IMG/VR virus record: IMGVR_UViG_3300012942_000107
Span: 1 to 29,479 of that record
Length of the DNA: 29,479 nucleotides
From: a virus
Taxonomy: Duplodnaviria > Caudoviricetes
Reading direction: 5' to 3' (one strand)
Both the position numbers and the translations under genes were made by a program. The notes under the pieces are model-generated. The model did no database searches and was not told where the DNA came from. It saw only the letters and a program-made list of their open reading frames with translations. This document shows positions 8,910 through 15,974 of this stretch, piece by piece; the first letter of the stretch is position 1, and every line of letters starts with the position of its first letter.

Positions 8910-9205
8910 GCGAGATGATCGAGCGGGTGGCGCGCACCTTTTATGAGTGCACGAATGGCGCATTTATCCCAGATTGCGCTGCGCCGAACGATCCGCCCGT
9001 ATTCGTCCCGGCATCTTGGGATAGCGCCGACGTCCGGGATCGCGATCATCATCTGGCGAACGCTCGGGCCGTCCTCACCGCCATGCGCGAGCCGACTACC
9101 TCGATGATCGACGCCATGTATGACGAATATCAGAACGGCGGCAAAGGCTCGCTGAGGGATGATTGGATTGAGGCGATCGACGCGGCGCTGGAGGAGGGGC
9201 GGTGA
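8906..9205 (+). CDS. Hypothetical phage protein
   Basis: MIERVAR...ARAVL.AMREPT..M...W..AIDAAL pattern common in alphaproteobacterial phages; GTGA coupling. Confidence 0.7.
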   Translation: MSEMIERVARTFYECTNGAFIPDCAAPNDPPVFVPASWDSADVRDRDHHLANARAVLTAMREPTTSMIDAMYDEYQNGGKGSLRDDWIEAIDAALEEGR

Positions 9206-9288
9206 GAAACTGGACCGCGCCATTGCAGCGATCCGAGATCATCGCGCTGGTTGCTATCACCATCTCGATCTTTGTTATCCTGCGATAA
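9202..9288 (+). CDS. Small hydrophobic peptide (28 aa)
   Basis: GGAGG SD, GTGA overlap; MRNWTAPLQRSEIIALVAITISIFVILR, one TM helix. Confidence 0.45.
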   Translation: MRNWTAPLQRSEIIALVAITISIFVILR

Positions 9289-9293
9289 TAACC

Positions 9294-9328
9294 CCGCCGT
9301 AATCCCCTCTCGCGCCGGCCCATATCGT
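9294..9328 (+). promoter_or_regulatory. Putative late promoter, leaderless DUF2213 mRNA
   Basis: CCGCCGTAATC 9294-9304, TATCGT 9323-9328, ATG 7 nt later. Confidence 0.75.
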
Positions 9329-9335
9329 CCGGCGC

Positions 9336-10469
9336 ATGTATTTCGCGGACCACCTCGTCTTGGACGCGCCACGCCGCACCGCGGACGGCTATATGGCGGT
9401 TCGCGCTCGCGCCGCCCGAACTGGCGTCTACCAATACACAGGCCGCGAGGTTGATCCCGACAACACCCATGGCCTGCGCGATCAGGCCAGCGTCAATGTG
9501 CTCCGCGACGAGAACACCGTTTTCGATCAGCGCTCGGCGCACAGCTTCATCGGCAAGCCGATCACGGACGATCATCCGCGTGAGGGTGTGAACGCCGGCA
9601 ACTGGCGCGATCACGCGCGCGGCGTCGTCATGGGGGCGATGCGCGACGGCGACCACCTCGCCTTCGACCTGCTGCTCACCGACGCCGCGACGATCGCCAA
9701 GGTCGATGCGGGTAAGGTCGAACTGAGCAATGGCTACCAGTCGGGGCTGGAATTCGGCGACTTTAAGGCCGCCGATGGTACGGCCTGTCAGGCGCGCCAG
9801 ACCAACATCGGCGGCAATCACGTCGCGATCGTGGATCGCGGCCGCGCCGGCCCGACTTGCCGCATCGCCGACGCCGCGCCGTGCGACGCCGCTCCTCGCG
9901 CCTTTCTCGACAGCCTCACCACGAAGGAGAAGCCCGTGAAGACCATGCTCATCGACGGGCTCACCGTCGATATCGCCAACGCCGACACGGCGGAAGCGAC
10001 CATCAAGACGCTGCTCGCCCAGCGCGACTCTGCGAACGCGAAGATCGCCGATGCGGAAAAGAGCGCCGAAACGCTCACCGCCGATAAGGCGAAGCTGGAA
10101 GCGGAGGTCGCCACGCTCAAGAAGGCGGTGGCGGACGCCAAGCCCACCCCGGCCCAGCTTCTCGACGCGGCCAAGTCGTTCGCGCTCACCCGCGACAAGG
10201 CCAAGGCGCTCGGCGTCGCGATCACGGACAGCATGGACGAGCCCGCGATCAAGCGCGCGGTCATCGACGCGCGCATGGGCGATGAGGCCAAGGACTGGAC
10301 CGACGATCAGGTCGCCGCCTCGTTCGCGCTGATCGCCAAGGACGCCAAACCGGCCGCGCCGAGCGGCACGCCGATCCAGCTCGGCGATGCCCGCGCCAGC
10401 GCCGCCTCCGCCCGCGCAACCTGGCTCGCCGCCAAGGAAAACGCGCACCGTTCCGCGCAGAGCGCCTAA
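9336..10469 (+). CDS. DUF2213 prohead protease/scaffold protein
   Basis: ARTGVY.Y, GKPITDDHP, ELS.GY, NHVAIVDRGRAG..CRI.D, then an Ala/Lys coiled-coil scaffold. Confidence 0.88.
   Translation: MYFADHLVLDAPRRTADGYMAVRARAARTGVYQYTGREVDPDNTHGLRDQASVNVLRDENTVFDQRSAHSFIGKPITDDHPREGVNAGNWRDHARGVVMGAMRDGDHLAFDLLLTDAATIAKVDAGKVELSNGYQSGLEFGDFKAADGTACQARQTNIGGNHVAIVDRGRAGPTCRIADAAPCDAAPRAFLDSLTTKEKPVKTMLIDGLTVDIANADTAEATIKTLLAQRDSANAKIADAEKSAETLTADKAKLEAEVATLKKAVADAKPTPAQLLDAAKSFALTRDKAKALGVAITDSMDEPAIKRAVIDARMGDEAKDWTDDQVAASFALIAKDAKPAAPSGTPIQLGDARASAASARATWLAAKENAHRSAQSA
9936..10469 (+). CDS. Nested in-frame scaffolding protein (internal start)
   Basis: AAGGAG then in-frame GTG at 9936, exactly at the protease/coiled-coil boundary. 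Confidence 0.55.
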   Translation: MKTMLIDGLTVDIANADTAEATIKTLLAQRDSANAKIADAEKSAETLTADKAKLEAEVATLKKAVADAKPTPAQLLDAAKSFALTRDKAKALGVAITDSMDEPAIKRAVIDARMGDEAKDWTDDQVAASFALIAKDAKPAAPSGTPIQLGDARASAASARATWLAAKENAHRSAQSA

Positions 10470-10481
10470 GGAGCACCGACC

Positions 10482-10931
10482 ATGGCCGTTCTTCAGAGCA
10501 ATTTTTCCGAGGACATCGCCCCCGGTTATCCGGGCATGGACGCCGATGGCGAGCTGTCCAACATCATCAGCGGCACGCTGGAAGGCTCGACCGCCTGCGC
10601 GTTCGGCCGCCCCGTATACGCCGGAACCGCCGATCGCGGCGTCTCGCTGACCGTTTCGGCCGATTTGCGCGGCTTCGCGCTGGCGCACGCCGGCAACGTC
10701 GTCACCGCGACGCGCGCCGCCGACACCTACGCGCCGGGCGATACGCTGCCGATCAAGAACCGGGGCAAGATTTGGGTCACCTCGACCACGGCCGCCGCCA
10801 AGGACGATCCGGTCTACGTCACGGCCGCCGGCGCGATCACCAATGTCGCCACCGGCAACACGGCCGCCAGCGGCTGGGTTTTCGACGACACCATCGCCGC
10901 TGCGGGCCTTGTCCGCATCGTGCGCCGCTAA
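10482..10931 (+). CDS. Head decoration (cement) protein
   Basis: 149 aa, AAGGAG SD, FGRPV and G.IWV...D.VYV motifs; between scaffold and capsid. Confidence 0.75.
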   Translation: MAVLQSNFSEDIAPGYPGMDADGELSNIISGTLEGSTACAFGRPVYAGTADRGVSLTVSADLRGFALAHAGNVVTATRAADTYAPGDTLPIKNRGKIWVTSTTAAAKDDPVYVTAAGAITNVATGNTAASGWVFDDTIAAAGLVRIVRR

Positions 10932-10941
10932 GGGGGCTGCA

Positions 10942-11952
10942 ATGACCAAGCCGATTTTCTTCGACTCCGTTCAGGCGGCAGTCTCGCATATCGTCGCGCA
11001 GGGCGGCGGTTGCCCCGCTTTCGCCGACGCGATCCGTGGCGTCGATCTCAATGACGCGCAGCAGGTCAACGCCTTTCTGACGCCGCAACTGCTCAATATC
11101 GAGCAGGGCGTTTACATGGTGAAGTATCCGCTCGCGGATTACGCCGAGTTCATGCCGGTCGATACGCAGGGTTCGATCTGGACGGCGGGCTCGCTGTTCT
11201 ACTCGGGCGACATCGCGGGAAAGCCGGAATGGTTCGACGTGGCGGCGGACGACATGCCCTATGCCGACGTGAGCCGGGCGCAGTTCCTTCAGGAGAACTG
11301 GATCGCCGCGATCGGCTACAAGTGGAACCGGTTCGATCTGGAACGCGGCCAGCAGCTCGGCATCAATGTCATCGCCGACAAGGCCAACGCGGCAACCACT
11401 TCCGCCGAGCGCTTCATCCACAAGACGGCCATGACGGGCGACGGGCTCAAGTTCTCGACGGGTTTTGTCAACAACCCGCTCGCCACTACCGTCACCGCCT
11501 CAGGAGCGATCACGGCGACTTCGGATGCGGTTGCCGATGTCGGCCTCATCAACACCGCGCTCAACTCGGTCGAGACGAACACGCTCGAAACCTATCGGGC
11601 GGATACGCTGGCGCTGCCGCGCACCACGTTCAACATTTTAGCCTCCAAGCCGATGCCGAACACCAGCGTCTCGGTTCTGAACTATCTGCGTTCCAATTCG
11701 GTCGTGGGTAACATCACGATTAAACCGACCCGCCATCTCGAAACGGCCGGCGCATCGGGCACCAAGCGCATGGTGGCCTATGCCAACACCAACGAGGTGC
11801 ATCGCTTCCACCTTCCCGGCGGCGGCCATCAGTTGTTCAACACCAATCCCTACCAGAAGGGGCCGTTCTCGTGGGAGGTGCCGGGCCTCATGTCGATCGG
11901 CGGCTACGAGAACCGCATCCCGAAAGCGATCACCTTCACGGACGGAGTGTGA
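10942..11952 (+). CDS. Major capsid protein (DUF2184-like, HK97 fold)
   Basis: 336 aa; FL..QL..IE..VY, D.G..EW, GY.W...DL, GF.NNP, P.AI...DG end; position in the head module. Confidence 0.85.
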   Translation: MTKPIFFDSVQAAVSHIVAQGGGCPAFADAIRGVDLNDAQQVNAFLTPQLLNIEQGVYMVKYPLADYAEFMPVDTQGSIWTAGSLFYSGDIAGKPEWFDVAADDMPYADVSRAQFLQENWIAAIGYKWNRFDLERGQQLGINVIADKANAATTSAERFIHKTAMTGDGLKFSTGFVNNPLATTVTASGAITATSDAVADVGLINTALNSVETNTLETYRADTLALPRTTFNILASKPMPNTSVSVLNYLRSNSVVGNITIKPTRHLETAGASGTKRMVAYANTNEVHRFHLPGGGHQLFNTNPYQKGPFSWEVPGLMSIGGYENRIPKAITFTDGV

Positions 11953-11955
11953 GAC

Positions 11956-12132
11956 ATGGCGAAGTTCACGAACACGCACCCCGGCGCGCGCGGCATCCTG
12001 ATGAAGAACGGCGAGCATAAGATCGTCGATCCCGGCCAGACGATCGAGATCGACGAGAAGGAGGTCGTCAGCGTCGCCGATGGCGTCGAGAAGGGCGACA
12101 AGCCCGCCAAGGACGCCGACAAGCCCGCTTGA
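11956..12132 (+). CDS. Small head-associated protein (58 aa)
   Basis: GGAG SD; MAKFTNTHPGARGI...VDPGQTIEI; directly after the capsid gene. Confidence 0.65.
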   Translation: MAKFTNTHPGARGILMKNGEHKIVDPGQTIEIDEKEVVSVADGVEKGDKPAKDADKPA

Positions 12133-12160
12133 ATCCCCTGGGCGACACCAGCCGCCACCT

Positions 12161-12186
12161 CGGGCCGGGCCTTCGGGTTCGGCCCG
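12161..12186 (+). terminator. cUUCGg-capped hairpin ending the capsid operon
   Basis: CGGGCCGGGCC-TTCG-GGTTCGGCCCG, 11-bp stem with two G-U pairs; weak U tail; between convergent genes. Confidence 0.6.
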
Positions 12187-12193
12187 CTTCGTC

Positions 12194-12206
12194 TCCGCCG
12201 TAATCG
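12194..12206 (+). repeat. Left copy of a 13-bp inverted repeat TCCGCCGTAATCG (orphan late motif)
   Basis: Exact reverse complement of 13911-13923; no YANNNT box at the usual spacing and no sense gene downstream. Confidence 0.7.
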
Positions 12207-12213
12207 GGCGGGG

Positions 12214-12642
12214 CTATATCGTGACGCAGCGGATGCGGAAACTCTGGATCGTGTGAAAAATCTTCGACTCGTGTGGGTCTTGAACAAGACGCGGCCCTGT
12301 CCATTGGAATCGGGCCTTACCACCGGGGATCACTGCAACCTTCCTGTCTAATGCCCCCGCTATAGCCGCCCCGATTTGACCGGCGTGGTTATCGGCGGAA
12401 ATGGAAGGCTGAATTTCGTTCGCAAAGCCGTGAATCGCTAGCGTCACCTCTAGCCCATCGAGGCAGCTCGCGCGCATCGGAACACCGCTTGGTGGCCCCA
12501 TACGGATGAAGGGATAGGGCGGCACCGCTGGTGTCCATTGCGTAAAGATACGCGCCTTCGGCACCAGCGCGGTCACGCCCGCATCGGCCTTGAGCAACTT
12601 CAGCGCGGCGTTGCGGACAGCCAGGGTGGAATCAATCGCCAT
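12214..12642 (-). CDS. Tail terminator protein (DUF3168-like)
   Basis: L..L.ADA.V.ALV...RI......P.YPFI..G; last gene of the neck module. Confidence 0.8.
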   Translation of the reverse strand: MAIDSTLAVRNAALKLLKADAGVTALVPKARIFTQWTPAVPPYPFIRMGPPSGVPMRASCLDGLEVTLAIHGFANEIQPSISADNHAGQIGAAIAGALDRKVAVIPGGKARFQWTGPRLVQDPHESKIFHTIQSFRIRCVTI

Positions 12643-13057
12643 CGCGTCCTCCGCGCTTGATCTCGATCCGCACCGCGTCGCCTACCAGCTTCACGGCCTC
12701 CGCACGCCTCTTCGCGACGGCCGGGGCCATGTAGGGGCGCGGGGCCATTTTCGACGTGCCGTATTCCAAGGCGCTGGCATAACGAGCATTGGAGGACACT
12801 TCGACAAGCAGGGGCTCGACAAGTACCGTCTCGATATTGTTCGCCAGCACGCCTGTGTCGTTGTTCGGCGGCTCGCCGGGAAGGGATGCGACGTGCCCCT
12901 TGCCGGATACCGATCCTTCCGTGATCGAGATTTGCGCTTCCGTCTGGATCATGTTGCCGGCGGCGAAGAGGGCGCGGCTTATCCGGTCGGCCATGCCGCC
13001 GCCGCCAAGGCCACCGATCCGCTTCGTGGCGGCTTTTCGGCCCGTGATCTTAGGCAC
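12632..13057 (-). CDS. HK97 gp10-like tail completion protein
   Basis: HVAS.PGEPP..DTG.L, ARYA..LEYGTSKMAPRPYM.PA; start uncertain (GTG 13057 or ATG 13075). Confidence 0.85.
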   Translation of the reverse strand: MPKITGRKAATKRIGGLGGGGMADRISRALFAAGNMIQTEAQISITEGSVSGKGHVASLPGEPPNNDTGVLANNIETVLVEPLLVEVSSNARYASALEYGTSKMAPRPYMAPAVAKRRAEAVKLVGDAVRIEIKRGGRDGD

Positions 13058-13430
13058 GCCGCCCCCGCCCGACATAACCTACCCCCGCCGGATCGCGCTC
13101 GATCGACGTGACCGCCCATATCCCCGCGAACGGTCCCTCCGTCACCTTGACGGACGCATCGGTATCGAGCAAGCCCGAGAAGCTGGCGGCGAGGATGATG
13201 AACCGCACGTCGCCGTCCGCGAAGCCGTCGCTCTGGCGCATTGCTTCGGTGGCTTGGTCGATGGAAACTCGACACGCACGCTCGGTGGGAGGCGAGCCCG
13301 GAACCCAATTCCCGTTATCGTCATAATAGCCGGGATTATCTTGCGAGGCGATCGCGCCCGCGAAGAAGGGCGCGCCGAACGCGGCGGCGGCCATATCGGC
13401 GAGGCCGAGGAAGGCGCTGGGCAAATCCAT
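13050..13430 (-). CDS. Head closure / head-tail joining protein
   Basis: 126 aa beta-rich, ends RDPAG.GY..RGR; TGATG overlap with the adaptor gene; position. Confidence 0.65.
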   Translation of the reverse strand: MDLPSAFLGLADMAAAAFGAPFFAGAIASQDNPGYYDDNGNWVPGSPPTERACRVSIDQATEAMRQSDGFADGDVRFIILAASFSGLLDTDASVKVTEGPFAGIWAVTSIERDPAGVGYVGRGRRA

Positions 13431-13882
13431 CAACAATTCCAGGGCGGCAGCGGCCCGGCATAGCCGTTGAAGCCGCACGACGCGGGAATGCAGCCCGGCG
13501 AGGTCGTGCCCATCCCGCTCTTGTTCCGGCGTAGCAGGGCAAGATAGTCCTGCCCATATACGGTGGATTCCCACCCGCCGTCGATGGCTTTCTTTACCGC
13601 TTCATCGGAGAATTGTGCCGCAAACGAGCCCGACCGGAACTGCGTCACGCCGGTCGATGTCATGCCTGCCGTATCGGCACCAGCGATGCCCGAAACGCCC
13701 GCACGGAGCATATTATGTGCGGCGGCGGCCAATTTGGCAGGGGCGTAATCGGTATCCGACCATGATTGATCCACAAACCGCGCGCTGTCGTCGATCCAAT
13801 ACTGGACAGTCGCCGTATCCACGTCCGAGAAGGCTGGATATCGGGCCTTCATATCGTCAGGCGATGGATCGCTATAGGCCAT
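13430..13882 (-). CDS. Head-tail adaptor (DUF4054-like)
   Basis: ARYPAFS.V....VQYW, AAH.M, T.YGQ.YL.L; start chosen from the leaderless promoter geometry. Confidence 0.8.
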   Translation of the reverse strand: MAYSDPSPDDMKARYPAFSDVDTATVQYWIDDSARFVDQSWSDTDYAPAKLAAAAHNMLRAGVSGIAGADTAGMTSTGVTQFRSGSFAAQFSDEAVKKAIDGGWESTVYGQDYLALLRRNKSGMGTTSPGCIPASCGFNGYAGPLPPWNC

Positions 13883-13888
13883 CATCAA

Positions 13889-13923
13889 AGCCTATGCGCG
13901 AGCCGTCGTGCGATTACGGCGGA
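13889..13923 (-). promoter_or_regulatory. Putative late promoter for the inverted neck module
   Basis: Minus strand TCCGCCGTAATCG, 19 nt after CCGTAA comes TAGGCT, ATG 6 nt later. Confidence 0.75.
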
Positions 13924-13924
13924 C

Positions 13925-13954
13925 AAAAAGAAGGGCGGCCGATAACGACCGCCC
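13925..13954 (-). terminator. Intrinsic terminator closing the repeat array
   Basis: Minus strand GGGCGGTCG-TTAT-CGGCCGCCC-TTCTTTTT. Confidence 0.85.
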
Positions 13955-13960
13955 TCCCGA

Positions 13961-14125
13961 GCCTGCCCAGCCCTGACTCGCCTCAGCGCGCCAAGCCCGG
14001 CCGTGCCGCGCCTCGCCTTGCCAAGCCCAGCCTAGCCTGCCACGCCTCGCCTATCCTCGCCGCGCCATACCTCTCCTGACCTTGCCGTGCCGCGCCTCGC
14101 CGCGCCCGACCTAGCCTTGCCTGCC
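13961..14125 (-). ncRNA. GGY-NN pentamer array, putative guide RNA precursor with two units
   Basis: Minus strand: GGCA, 16 pentamers (14121-14042), GGCA, 14 pentamers (14037-13968), GGCA-GGC; 26 of 30 triplets are GGC/GGT with a variable dinucleotide; starts 14 nt after a stop codon and ends before a terminator. Confidence 0.8.
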
Positions 14126-14139
14126 ATGTTTCGGCCCCT

Positions 14140-14622
14140 TTATTCGGCGGGACGAGCCTGTTCGATCAACGCGAAAATCTTCGCGAGTTCGGCCAGCTCT
14201 GCGTAGCGACGATGCCACGCCTCCAATTCGGCCCAAGCCTGTGCGACGACTTGGGCGCGAAGCTCTTCATCCGATAGCGCATGTTGGAGGCTGGTATAGC
14301 TCCTGTCTTCATCGCGCTTCACCGAAACGAACGCCCGGATGGGAGCGGACGAGCCGTCCTGCTTCTCCATCACCACGTCGATATGGCGGATGAGGTGCAT
14401 TGCCTGCGTCTTCCGGTGTTCTTCGGCCGCCTTGGCGTCGTCCCACTCGAATACGTTATGAAGTGGCGCGTCTCCCGGCCGGGACGCCTCAACAACGTCA
14501 TACGCCTCCAGCCGACCGTTGTGGAACGTGCGAATGCGCTCCAATTCCTCTCCGACGATCTGCGCATCAATGCCGCCCGGAGCGACATTCCCTTTCCATT
14601 GGTAGACCATCCCCATCATCAT
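14140..14622 (-). CDS. Partner protein of the Cas7-like gene (160 aa, helical)
   Basis: ATGA coupling to the RAMP gene; VVE.SR...APLH..FEWDD..AAE.HR..QA..LIR motif; function unknown. Confidence 0.75.
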   Translation of the reverse strand: MMMGMVYQWKGNVAPGGIDAQIVGEELERIRTFHNGRLEAYDVVEASRPGDAPLHNVFEWDDAKAAEEHRKTQAMHLIRHIDVVMEKQDGSSAPIRAFVSVKRDEDRSYTSLQHALSDEELRAQVVAQAWAELEAWHRRYAELAELAKIFALIEQARPAE

Positions 14623-15209
14623 GCCTCCTCGCTGGAGCCGACATGGAAGCGGCCATAGCTGCCGTTCTTTTCCGGCCGCCATTCGCCGATGCCGACGCCA
14701 AAACCAGCCGTGTTGAGCAGGTTCGCGATCTGCTCGGCTGACATCACGGCCGCGTTGAACTTGATCGTCGCCGGGATGCGCCATTCCGGGAACTCGGGAC
14801 GATAGCGAATGTCCGCCGTCCCCATCCCAACGCGCACCATGTCCTCGCGTGGTCGGGGCTCGCCGATAACCTCCAACATCTCGGCGTCGATATGGAACGC
14901 GCCACGCGCCATCGTCATCTTCGCATCCACGAAGCGGCAAGCCGATACCATAGCCGCCTTAACGCCGATTGCCGGGAAACCGTAAGCGCCGGATTCGGTG
15001 CGGTAGAAGCAGGCTTCGTAATCGGCCTCGGGGTCTTTCGCCTCTCTCGCCTTGGCCGCCTTCTTCATCTGCTTGTCCAGCATCTGGCGCTTGGCCTTCT
15101 CACTCCATGCATGGACGATCAGCGGGCTATCGCCCACCAGCATGAACGTAATGGTCTGGATGTTGAGCGGCGGCAATTCGATCGTCGCCGATGATTTCGA
15201 AACTGGCAT
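14619..15209 (-). CDS. Solo Cas7/RAMP-like RNA-binding protein (196 aa)
   Basis: AGGAGG SD; N-terminal strand LVGDSPLIVH, FPAIGVKAAM (RAMP IP.S..KG equivalent), thumb REDMVRVGMGTADIRYRPEF, C-terminal Gly loop GFGVGIGEWRPEKNGSYGRF.V; no other cas genes in the window. Confidence 0.75.
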   Translation of the reverse strand: MPVSKSSATIELPPLNIQTITFMLVGDSPLIVHAWSEKAKRQMLDKQMKKAAKAREAKDPEADYEACFYRTESGAYGFPAIGVKAAMVSACRFVDAKMTMARGAFHIDAEMLEVIGEPRPREDMVRVGMGTADIRYRPEFPEWRIPATIKFNAAVMSAEQIANLLNTAGFGVGIGEWRPEKNGSYGRFHVGSSEEA

Positions 15210-15276
15210 TGGATTCCTCCTGTTTAGGGAAAGCATTTTCACCGATGGGGGCTACATGACTAGGGACAATCTGGCG

Positions 15277-15663
15277 TCAGTGCGCGGCGAGGCGGCGCAG
15301 ATCGGCGATGATCCGGCCGATATGCCCCTCGCCGGATTCGTCCCCATATTCCTTGAGGTAGATTTCCAGCTTCTCGATTGCAGCGGCGCTGTCCGGCGCA
15401 GGCACCGCCATAAGATCATCGACCGATTGCACGGCCCTGCGGACATGGAGCTTATTGTCTGCATCCATGCGGGCGTAATCCGGATCGCCGGGCACGGCCG
15501 TATTGAATGGATGCGCGTCCAGTTCGGCCCATGCCTGATGATAGCAAGCCTTCGCGGCTGTCCAGTTGTCCCGGTTCGCGAGGGCTGGAATGGCGGGGAG
15601 CGTCAGCAACGGAGCCGCCGCCATTGCGCCAAGCACGCCGCGACGGGTGGTGTTCGTGTCCAT
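15277..15663 (-). CDS. Hypothetical protein with twin-arginine-like N-terminus
   Basis: MDTNTTRRGVLGAMAAAPLL; PAPD..A...KL and I.ADLRRL motifs; TGATG coupling. Confidence 0.7.
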   Translation of the reverse strand: MDTNTTRRGVLGAMAAAPLLTLPAIPALANRDNWTAAKACYHQAWAELDAHPFNTAVPGDPDYARMDADNKLHVRRAVQSVDDLMAVPAPDSAAAIEKLEIYLKEYGDESGEGHIGRIIADLRRLAAH

Positions 15664-15974
15664 CACGCCGCCTCCCGATATTCGATATGGCCGAGCAGCG
15701 CGCCTTCGCCATCGAAGATGGACCTTTCGATCCGCTTGCGCTCGTCGATCGCGCACCAGAGGAGACGCCAAATCTTGTGAACGTCATGCCGGATCGGCCA
15801 CGACTGCTCGCGCGCAGTTTCCTCCACGCCTTCGCAGAGATCGGCGACCGTCTCCAACAGCACTTCGAGGTTGGACATGGCCGCCTGGGCTTCGAGGATG
15901 AAGCCTTGCACCTCCTCATAGGGGAAGGCGCTCAGATAGACCGTGGTTTTCGGGGCGGGCTGTTGGATCGGCAT
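15663..15974 (-). CDS. Hypothetical protein (103 aa)
   Basis: GGAGG SD, TGATG coupling at both ends. Confidence 0.65.
   Translation of the reverse strand: MPIQQPAPKTTVYLSAFPYEEVQGFILEAQAAMSNLEVLLETVADLCEGVEETAREQSWPIRHDVHKIWRLLWCAIDERKRIERSIFDGEGALLGHIEYREAA

Noticed and set aside
13615-14079. 154-aa plus-strand ORF with PRLA/PSLA repeats
   Set aside because: By-product of the pentamer array; antisense to the adaptor gene and crosses a terminator and promoter
14042-14121. Contiguous reading of unit 1 (AATACGGCG...) resembling the reverse late motif ATTACGGCG or AATACGGAGCA at 16226-16236
   Set aside because: Only 7-8 matching bases, expected by chance; no convincing gapped self-target found by eye
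13961-14125. Canonical CRISPR array next to the Cas7-like gene
   Set aside because: No 25-45 nt direct repeats with unique spacers; the periodicity is 5 nt
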